Below, piece after piece: positions 54,303 to 64,000 of a stretch of DNA of 64,000 nucleotides. Position numbers and translations under genes: made by a program. Positions within the stretch are counted from its first letter, which is position 1. Every line of letters starts with the position of its first letter. The notes beneath the pieces are model-generated. The model saw only the letters and a program-made list of their open reading frames with translations, did no database searches and was not told where the DNA came from. Origin of the DNA: Octopus vulgaris (lineage: Eukaryota); the NCBI GenBank assembly GCA_951406725.2, contig OX597827.1, forward strand, positions 26,908,001-26,972,000. Reading direction: 5' to 3'.

Positions 54303-54666
54303 ACAAGAGCACTCAGAGAGCACAAACCTCTACCAAGGCAACACTAACGTCCTCTCACCAATTAGCAAGAGATAATTTTTAAGATGAGAGTATCTGAAAT
54401 AAACTCGACTGCTCTCACAAATGAGAATACTAGAAATGAACCCAACCGCTCTCAAAAATTAAGTAAGAAAAAACAGGAAAAATAATCCAGAATCCCTGTC
54501 CAGTATCGGATTGATCTCAAAATCTAATCAGTCCGTGCCAGTCACGGGGCTAAACATCTCTGAAAGTTTCATCAAAATCCATCCAGCGGTTCTTGAGATA
54601 TCTTGTCCAAGGACAAACAAACAGGACTGCAAGTAATACCTTTACCTTCGCTAAGGCGGAGATAAT
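54303..54666 (-). mobile_element. Helentron-associated non-autonomous (DINE-1/HINE-like) element
   Basis: Minus strand starts ATTATCTCCGCCTTAGCGAAGG...GGTATTAC, then (GTTT)n and GATATCTCAAGAACCGCTGGATGGATTTTGATGAAACTT. It ends CCTTGGTAGAGGTTTGTGCTCTCTGAGTGCTCTTGT. Subterminal inverted repeat plus 3' end are typical of HINEs. Confidence 0.7.
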
Positions 54667-54874
54667 GATGATGATGATGATGATGATGATTTCGTCGTTG
54701 TTCACTTGGGTTCAAATGTACAAACCGAAACGTATTATAGAAAATGGATAACAAAGCATACAAGACGGGAGAGTTTGATGTTGAAGGAGCCGAAATGCCT
54801 GAAACCTCAGAAATGTCACTGATGATGCATCCCGGAGCACTCACCGGTTGTATGTGTCTGTATGTGTGTGTGAA

Positions 54875-54930
<56 letters not shown>

Positions 54931-54940
54931 TATATAACTG

Positions 54941-55225
54941 GCGTTCCGTCGGTTACGACGATGAGGGTTCCAGTTGATTCGATCAGCGGAACATCCTACT
55001 CGTGAAATTAAAGTGCATGTCGTCGAACCCTCCACAGAGACGCCTACCCTTGACGTATTTCTCAGGAAAATTTAGCATAACGCACAATGCGATAAGGGTG
55101 ACCATTTGAATTTACACGTACTACACATTTTTGCCAGCCGAGTGGACCGAGCAACGCGTTGCCGGGAATCGAACTCATGACTTTACAATCACGAACCGAA
55201 TACGCTAGCATCTAACCCACAAGCC
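54941..55225 (-). mobile_element. SINE family D copy
   Basis: TCCGTCGGTTACGACGATGAGGGTTCCAG...CGTGAAATTAA...GGGAATCGAACTC matches 35533-35850. Confidence 0.78.
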
Positions 55226-55904
55226 TTTACAGTGAGAACATGTGTGAGGGTGTACGCTCGCGTGCATATGCAAACCCACACGCACACACACACCAATGTG
55301 CCCTTGTTTACGTCAGACACACCAGAGGACGTGCAGGTGGTTGTGTAAGGTTGAACCATGCCCAGGATTATCACTATTGATGCCGAAGAACAGATTTATT
55401 CCTAGTTGCAAGCACCTAATCAAATTCCTATTCTATATTTTACAACATTTCATTTCAATTTATTCAGTTTCTGGTTTTGCTTCCCTTGCGGTTTCTTGGT
55501 CAACATTAATCGTTTAACTTATTATCTTGTTTCCCCAACCCACCCCGCCCACCCCCACTTTACCAGTGTAATTAGCATGAAATTATCTGGGCATCATTCG
55601 CTTTACAGAAATGTTGCATCTTTGAGTATTTTTCCGTAACATGAATTCTCTAATATGAGATCGATATTTCTATTCACTTCCATATTACATGTATATGGAA
55701 CTCAAATGGAGAACAGGTTTCATGTTGCTGGTTTTCCCGTTGCAACAAGGTATTTGCATAACGTGACGCTTCCGTAACGCAATGTTTCCATAACGCGAGT
55801 GATGCATAGTAAATATAGTTTATATACAAATGCAAATTGATTACTCAGAGTATACGTCTGTAGAATGCTTCTGAAACTTGCTGCGGTGGTGATGTGATGG
55901 TAGC

Positions 55905-55945
<41 letters not shown>

Positions 55946-56032
55946 GAGATTAGTAGTAGTTGTGGTGGTGGAGGTAGTCATTGTACTAGTAATAGCAGTG
56001 GTGATGGTGGTGGTGGTGGGGCTAGTAGTAGC

Positions 56033-56095
<63 letters not shown>

Positions 56096-56320
56096 TGTAG
56101 TAGTAGTAATAGTAATGGCAGTAGTAGTAATAGTAGTAGTACTAGCAGCAGTAGTAATAATAGTGGTGGTTGTGGTGGTAGCGATAATTGTTTAGTAGCA
56201 GCGGTGGTGGTGATGATAGTAGCAATATTTGTAGTAGGATGAGGAGTTATGGTAGTAGTATTAGGAGGAAGAGGAGTATTGGTGGTGGTAGTAGTAGTAG
56301 TAGTGGTAATGGTAGTAGTT

Positions 56321-56359
<39 letters not shown>

Positions 56360-56916
56360 ATTATACTAGTAGTAGTAGTAGTAGTAGTAGTAGTAAGTCC
56401 GTGATATACTTTAGTAGAAATCTTAAAATAAACCAACTTAACAAAATAAAGAAAATAATTCATCCGAAAGACGTGACTGCAGACAACTGATGGTGGTCTT
56501 TGTGTGTGTTTTCTTTATAGATCCATTTCCTTTCTCCCTCCATTACTTCATTAATTTATAAGTTTATTAATTATCTGGAGGAGGAGGAGAGACGTGGGGG
56601 AAGCACTTGTTTATTATGTTAGCGGTTATTTCTGTCAACTTTGTTTGCGAACATAATTTAGCGTTTTGTATGTAATGTCGGAATATTAAGGCTTTATTCC
56701 GCTTGGGAGCTTGGGTGTATGCGTGAGTATATGCATAGAATGTGTGTGCTTGTGTATGTGTGTGTGTGTATGAGAGTGAGTGCGTCTGTGTGTATACACA
56801 GAAGAAAGACAGAGAGCTAGATGGATACACGGTTAGAGAAACAGATAGATAAATAGATAGATATATAGAGAAACAGATAGATAGAGAGAGAGAGAGAGAA
56901 CTAATCAAGTTTATGT

Positions 56917-57329
56917 CTCTTTTCTCTTTTCTCTTTTACTTGTTTCAGTCATTTGACTGCGGCCATGCTGGAGCACCGCCTTTAGTCGAGCAAATCGACC
57001 CCGGGACTTATTCTTTGGAAGCCCAGTACTTATTCTATCGTTCTCTTTTGCCGAACCGCTAAGTGACGTGGACGTAAACACACCAGCATCGGTTGTCAAG
57101 CAATGCTAGGGAGACAAGCACAGACACACAAACACATACACACACATACATATATATACATATATACGACAGGCTTCTTTCAGTTTCCGTCTGCCAAATC
57201 CACTCACAAGGCATTGGTCGGCCCGGGGCTATAGCAGAAGACACTTGCCCAAGATGCCACGCAGTGGGACTGAACCCGGAACCATGTGGTTGGTTAGCAA
57301 GCTACTTACCACACAGCCACCCCTGCGCC
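56917..57329 (-). mobile_element. tRNA-derived CORE-type SINE family A, full-length well-preserved copy
   Basis: Minus strand GGCGCAGGGGTGGCTGTGTGGTAAG (A box) ... GGTTCAGTCCC (B box), CORE-like CTTGGGCAAGTGTC, an internal (TA)/(TG) tract, and the 3' end GGCCGCAGTCAAATGACTGAAACAAGTAAAAGAG with an (AAAAGAG)n tail. Confidence 0.9.
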
Positions 57330-57489
57330 TATAAATATGTATAAATTTTTTTTTTATATGTTTGTTTCCTTTTACACAATATTAAAACAACGGCTAAAAA
57401 GTTTCTGAAGCAACACCCACCACTAATTTTAGCTACGAGTCACCACTGGTATGTATGTATATATGTCTTTTTGTTGAATTTGTCCCCCT

Positions 57490-57636
57490 GCACCACCTGA
57501 CAACCGGCGTTGGCGTGTTTATGTCTCCATCACTTAACCGTTCGGCAAAAGAGACCGTTAGAACAGGTACCAGGCTTTTAAAAAAGTAAATGCAGGTAGC
57601 GATTCACTTAACTAACTAAAAAAATTAAATGATAAC

Positions 57637-57671
<35 letters not shown>

Positions 57672-58327
57672 CGAGCGAGAGAGAGAGAGAGATACTCAAA
57701 CACGCACGCGCACACGCACACACACACACACACGCACATGCACACACGCATACGCACTCCTACATATATATATATATACGTATATACACATTTTCTTTTA
57801 GTCTTTTATTTGTTTCAGTCATTTGACTGCGGCCATGCTGAAGCACCACCTTTAGCTAAACAAATTGACCACAGGACTTATTCTTTGTAAGCCTTGTATA
57901 TATTTCATCGACATCTTTTGCCAAACCGATAAGTTACAGGGACGTAAACACACTGACATCGGTTGTTAAGCGATGTCGGTGGGGAGAGACACAGACATAC
58001 AAACATATATACAATGTAGACATATCACAATTAGCTCATTGTTGGTTTTAACGATGATCATAGCAGTAGCAGCAGCTGTAGTAGCAGTAATGGTGGCGAT
58101 TTAAAACGATTGCCACCGTATGCATGCGCGCGCGCGTGTGTATAAACACACACACACACACATATATATATGTAGGTGTCGCTGTGTGGTAAGTAGCCTG
58201 CTTACCAACCACATGGTCTCGGGTTCAGTCCCACTGCGTGGCACCTTGGGCAATGTCTTCTACTACAACTTCGGGACGACCAAAGCCTTGTGAGTGAAAT
58301 TGGTAGACGGAAACTGAGAGAAGCTCG

Positions 58328-58330
<3 letters not shown>
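57490..58330. mobile_element. Cluster of SINE family A fragments (+ 3' part ~57490-57620; - 3' part ~57803-58010; + 5' half ~58174-58330)
   Basis: Diagnostic TTCGGCAAAAGAGACCG, TTGTTTCAGTCATTTGACTGCGGCC and GGTTCAGTCCCACTGCGTGGCACCTTGGG. Confidence 0.8.
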
Positions 58331-58366
<36 letters not shown>

Positions 58367-58889
58367 GACGAGCTTCTCTCAGTTTCCGTCTACCAATTTC
58401 ATATATATATATATAACGAGCTTCTCTATATGTGTGTGTGTGTGTGTGTGTGTGTTTATACACACGCGCGCGCGCATGCATACGGTGGCAATCGTTTTAA
58501 ATCGCCACCATAGTTCAATTCGTTCCCAGTCGAAAGACACCTGTTGTTATGTCCTGTTATGATTATTATTATCATTAATTTTATTGTATTTTATATTTAT
58601 ATTTGTGTAACATCGTCTGTTTCTCCGTCTTTGTTTTCGTATACCTTCAATGCTTTACTCCAAGGAATCTAATGCTCTTAGCTTAGTTTTTGGTTGGGAC
58701 CGGCCAGATTGGAGCAATCTCAAAATTAATCAGCCAAAATTGCGAGGATTATCCGGTTCTTGACTGAGGATAGAAAGCTTCGAATGATCCGTCCTTGATT
58801 TTTTGTATCGTTTATCTGGATGTTTTATTGTCCCTTTTTGTATCACCTAATTGCCCGAATGTTTTGTGTTCTTGTCCCATTTTGTATTT

Positions 58890-58943
<54 letters not shown>

Positions 58944-59196
58944 AAATACAAAACGTAGCAGCGTACGTAAACTTTGTTCTCTATATATATATATATATAT
59001 ATATAAAATGAGATGTAAATGTATTTTTATATCTTGTTATATTTATTTAGTTATATCTCACAAGACTGATTGTAATTATTGTACTGTATTAATGTCTAAT
59101 CTCATTGCTATTGTGTAGTGTTTTAATAAAGTATGTGATTGGGTATTATCTGATAGTTGATGATTGATTTAGATATATTTCTCTATTTTCTCATTT

Positions 59197-59238
<42 letters not shown>

Positions 59239-59243
59239 AACAG

Positions 59244-59640
59244 TGTGTGGTAAGGAGCTTGCTTCTCAATCACATGGTTCCGGGCTCAGCACAATTTACT
59301 GACACCTTGAGCAAGTGTCTTTACTATAGCCTCGGGCCGACCAAAGCCTTGTGAGTGGATTCGGTAGACGGAGAATGAAGGGAGCCCGTCGTATATATGT
59401 ATATATATATGTGTGTGTCTGTGTGTGTGTGTGTGTATGTGTGTCTGTGTTTGTTCCTCCACCATCGCTTGACAACTTATGCTGGTGTCTTTACGACCCC
59501 ACGTAACATTGCGATTCGGCAAAAGAGACCGATAGAACAAGTGCTAAACTTACAAAGAGTATGTACTGGTGTTGATTTATTTCACTAAAGACGGTGATCC
59601 AGCATGGCCGCTATCAAATGACTGAAACATGTGAAAGAAT
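59244..59640 (+). mobile_element. SINE family A copy
   Basis: Head, CORE, internal (TA)(TG) tract and 3' tail are all present. Confidence 0.85.
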
Positions 59641-59641
59641 G

Positions 59642-59687
<46 letters not shown>

Positions 59688-59787
59688 TATATATATATAG
59701 CTGATATTTATAGAAAAACAGAAGACGAAACAGGTGTATGAATAACATGCAAGTGTATTAGTTTGACGCTAGGGAAAATGAAAAAGT

Positions 59788-59823
59788 CTTTTACGTTCCG
59801 GGCCTACGCTCTTCAACAGAAAG
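59788..59823 (-). ncRNA. Degenerate hammerhead ribozyme-like motif
   Basis: Minus strand CTTT-CTGTTGA-A-GAGC GTAG GCCC-GGAA-CGTA-AAAG: 4-bp stem I (CTTT/AAAG); two core substitutions. Confidence 0.45.
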
Positions 59824-60252
59824 GAATACGAGGAAATAAACAGAGAGAGAATGAAAAAGACTTTTAGATTTCAGTGGTTCAGCATATACGGGATGATATG
59901 ATTGGCTGCACAATTAGCAATATATATACATGATCACCGAAACAGCAGCACGAGAAGCTGCCTCGCCCGTACCAAACCTTTTATTGGGCCATCAACAATG
60001 AAATTGAGAACATACTTTGGTTGGTTCGATTCTGTCGCATCTACTGTGGTTACCATCATGATAATTTACATGAGTACAGGATTGGAATGGTCAGTGAATG
60101 AAGGGTAATATGTCCAGAGTGTTACGATGCGTCTGATACAACGATTCCTCATTGCTTGTTCAGTATAGTCTGCGTTAAGTTAGATACAAACACATGATAT
60201 CCCTAGAAAGATTGAAATATAGGTCTTGCCCCGTGTGTGATTCAGCTGACCT

Positions 60253-60436
60253 CCGTATTTTTGGCTTGTAAATCGAAATTTTCGGTCTGAAATTTGCAGC
60301 CTCCAAAAGAAGGTAGGTCGACTTGTACACCTAAATGAGTTCTGAGGACTAAAAGTTGCATAGAAAGATAAGTGACGATGTTTGAATATTTACACTAAAT
60401 ATTATTACGTCGACTTTCTAAGTCGAAAAAATGCGG
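60253..60436. mobile_element. pogo/Tigger-like MITE
   Basis: CCGTATTTTT ... AAAAATGCGG-TA ends. Internal GGTAGGTCGACTTGTACACC and GAAATTTTCGG match the reverse complement of 47.55-47.74 kb. Confidence 0.6.
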
Positions 60437-61030
60437 TATACAAAAGCGACGCTATTATCTCTTGCAACGACAACAACCATAATAGCAGTCACAACAACAA
60501 CAACAACAACAACAACAATTAAATGAGCAATAACACAACAACAGAACGACTATACAACGACAACAACACAGTTTCATAGAGCGATTTATTGGTTTTCATC
60601 AGTTCCTATAAATTACACGGCGTTTCTCCTTTTGTTCTCTTATCTTACGTTTTATTCGGTACATTTCTGTAGTGTAATCCTGAACACACACACAGACACA
60701 CACACAGACACACAGACTCACAGACACATACACACACACACACACGCACACACTGACACACTGACACACACATTTCACATACATAACCATATGTATGTAT
60801 GAATGCGTGGAATGTGTGCATTAATGTGTGCGTGTATTATATATATATATGTATGTATATATATCAATACATATATGTATATATATGTATGCACACACAC
60901 ATGCACACATATATATAAATATATATACATTCGATATGTGTGTGTGTGTGTGTACACAAGTATGTAAGCGCGTGCGCACACACATGCGTGCATGTATACA
61001 TAATGAGATAAATGTACAGAGAGCGAAGTA

Positions 61031-61090
<60 letters not shown>

Positions 61091-61687
61091 ACACGCGCGC
61101 GCATGCACACACATAAACACATAAACACACACGTGCGTCTGTACACATAGACAGCGAGACACAGACAAACAGACGAACGGACGGACAGGCTACATACGTA
61201 ACTCTACATGTAAACGTGTGTGCGTGCGTGCGTATACGAAGTATGTAGTACAAGTAACGACGTCACTCCATATTGCTTCTGTCATATTCCCTAACATTGC
61301 TCTCGCCATTACCAGCCGGTTTTTATTTGTGTCATAAATACACAGATAAACCCTTCTCTTACACCCCAGCCCCCTATCCCTCACTCATCTACTATCCCTT
61401 TCATTTAGCCCCTATTAATCTCACACAGACTGATCCCTATCTAAAATGTCCTGCTCTGAACTTTACTCGTCTGCCCTAGATTATTCCTCAGTAACTGTTC
61501 CTGGCACGACAATCTCTTTTACATGCTGACTGGTCGTGTTATACCACGGGTATATGGTATGGCAGGATGTAGAGGGGTGCATTTTAGCAAGTAAGGGGAG
61601 GAATACGGTATTGCGATGAGTGGCGTCCGTTGGTATTTCAAGATAGCTGCAAAATAACTTAATGGGTGACCATACCTCATCATTTCT

Positions 61688-61688
61688 A

Positions 61689-61761
<73 letters not shown>

Positions 61762-61936
61762 GTCTGTCTGTCTGTCTGTCTATATAACTGTCTATCTATA
61801 TATCTGTCCTCTTTCTTTCCCTTTACGATCCCTTTTGATCGAAAACCAAACCCCCCTTTTTTTACCCCCAAAAGAAAAGCTCTACCTTGTAATTTGTCCT
61901 GTCTGTGTGCAGCCCTGTGTGGCTAATAAAGAAACA

Positions 61937-62013
<77 letters not shown>

Positions 62014-62070
62014 GTCTGTCTGTCTGTCTGTCTGTCTATTTGTCTGTCTATTTGTCTGTCTATCTATCTA

Positions 62071-62121
<51 letters not shown>

Positions 62122-62161
62122 GTCTGTCTATCTGTCTCTCTATCTATCTATCTGTCTGTCT
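61688..62161. repeat. (TCTA)n/(TCTG)n arrays with a short unique spacer
   Basis: Directly visible. Confidence 0.9.
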
Positions 62162-62327
62162 GAAATGTTTTGCTCAAATCACAACGTGCTGCCCTGTCAG
62201 GGAATCGAACCCACGATCGTGATTGCTGTATGCAGGTATAGCGATCGTGAGTACGGCGGCCTAACCACTAGTACGTGCGCATCGACTGCGTATGTATATA
62301 TGTATATTTATAGATATGTAAGTGGGC

Positions 62328-62399
<72 letters not shown>

Positions 62400-62400
<1 letters not shown>

Positions 62401-62605
62401 TGTGTCTGTGTTTGCACCCCGACCCCATCAATGCTTGGCAACCGATACTGGTATGTTTACGTCCCCGTAACATTAGCGGTTCAGCAAAAGATACCGATAG
62501 AATAAGTACTGGGTTTACAAAGAATAAGTCTCGGGTCGATTTGTTTGACTAAAAGCGGTGCTGCAGTATGGCCGCAGTCAAATGACTGAAACGAATAAAA
62601 GAATA
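62400..62605 (+). mobile_element. SINE family A, 3' half
   Basis: GTTTACGTCCCCGTAAC...GATAGAATAAGTACT...GGCCGCAGTCAAATGACTGAAAC. Confidence 0.82.
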
Positions 62606-63763
62606 GAAGAGTATTTATAGTGTTAAACACTTCCGGTATATAAATTAGAGACTCCTTCAGAGAGTAACTGCTGCATTTGAGTATATAAGCAGTTTGGCTA
62701 CTTCTTTCTTTGGAGATTGTCAAAGTGATGTGGACACCTCTTATGAGAACCCAATAAGGTCCGAAAATCGATTAAGGTTGTTCATCATATTTTTTTTCAG
62801 TGTGCGGAGAAATAGCTAAAATTTGTCCTGTTTATAGTAATACCATACGTTACGTATATTATATATATATATGTATATGTATATATATATGTGTGTGTGT
62901 ATACGTATATATGCACTCAATTTTTCGTATTGACTTCTGTGTGAGTTAATGATTCGTTCCGGTAACACATATACCCATACATGCTATGCACCTACAGCAC
63001 TGCTGTAACAGCGAAGGTTGGAAGGCTGAAGAAAGATTACTTCCTTCGCCATGGTAAAGGAAGAATAGTCAAGGAATCAAAGTAATGAGGGTTCCAAGAA
63101 TGGCGGACTGGAAAGAAGGAATGATAAATAGGAAAAGTTGAAGGAAGAAAGGGCGGAAGAGAGACAAGATGGAGGAAAGAATGAAGGGAGGGAGAGGGTG
63201 AAAAAGGAGTGGGTGGTTGAAGATTTGGCTGTACAGATAAACAAAATGGTTGCTTGGAAAGAAAAAGAAGGGCGATGGAGATGAAGGTGACCGTTGAGAA
63301 AGGAGAATACAGCAAAAGAAGTGGGGGATGTGGGAGGAAGAAGGTACTTTAAGAAGAAAATAATTGTGAGAGTCAGAAGGTACTTTAAGTATGGTATTCG
63401 TGATATCTTTTTCTTTATTTTTATTGGTCTGTTTGTGGTGTTAATAGGGACATTACTAGTGAGTTGAGGGAGGTGAGACAGAAATAAAATGCAACACGCT
63501 CACACACACAAACGACGCATATACAGATATAAACAAGCACACACAACAACACATACACAAAGACACACACACACACGCGCGCACGCACACACACACACAC
63601 ACACAGCTACACAGATGCACACATGCGTACAATGATAAGCATATACAGTAAAAAGAGAGCCCCCAATAGATATTGTTTAGCTCCAGTTCAGTTCACATAG
63701 AGACAGATGACAAAAAAGCGTTCCAGCCGTGACCACCTCAATATGTTTAGGTATTGTCTAGAG

Positions 63764-64000
63764 CAGCGGTTCCCAAAGTAGGCGGTATTTTATCACCGAG
63801 GGCGGAGGAAATTGAAGAAAAGTGGGGCGATAATGGGGTAGCGATTCATCTAAAAAGTGAGGCGATAAAGGGGTAGCGATCCCTGTAAAAACAACAAAAT
63901 AATGGGTTCATTGGGTTAAATTTTGTTTGTGAAATGCTTTGAATTTGCTTCAGAAAGAGGTCTATGTGTGTGGTGGTTAGTTGGGATGTGTGCACTAAAA
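63764..64000. mobile_element. hAT-Charlie-like MITE, left end (runs off window)
   Basis: Starts CAGCGGTTCCCAAAGT immediately after GTCTAGAG (NTCTAGAN Charlie-type target); internal repeat AAAAGTGRGGCGATAAWGGGGTAGCGAT x2. Confidence 0.65.

Overview
This is eukaryotic, AT-rich, microsatellite-saturated genomic DNA. Its tRNA-derived/CORE-type SINE content and (TA)n/(CA)n/(GA)n/(TATC)n density are what I associate with octopus genomes (inference, not verified). No intact host protein-coding gene is recognisable, and almost all ORFs in the supplied track are translations of simple repeats. Well-supported content: a near full-length mariner (DD34D) transposon inactivated by a ~22-nt deletion, mariner/pogo/hAT MITEs, a decayed RTE-clade LINE fragment, non-autonomous Helitron- and Helentron-like elements, at least five SINE-like families and a 100-N gap. 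The most notable signal is a set of about eight minimal hammerhead-ribozyme cores on both strands. Several are followed by a shared ~100-nt tail ending at (TA)n, and TA-flanked hairpin cassettes occur nearby, consistent with a Penelope-like/retrozyme-type microsatellite-targeting family. Other leads are a candidate promoter and 19-nt first coding exon near 2.2 kb (the window may be one large intron), a decayed ~230-codon orphan reading frame at 7.7-8.4 kb, and unique islands where simple-repeat strand skew flips. All alignments and folds were done by eye.
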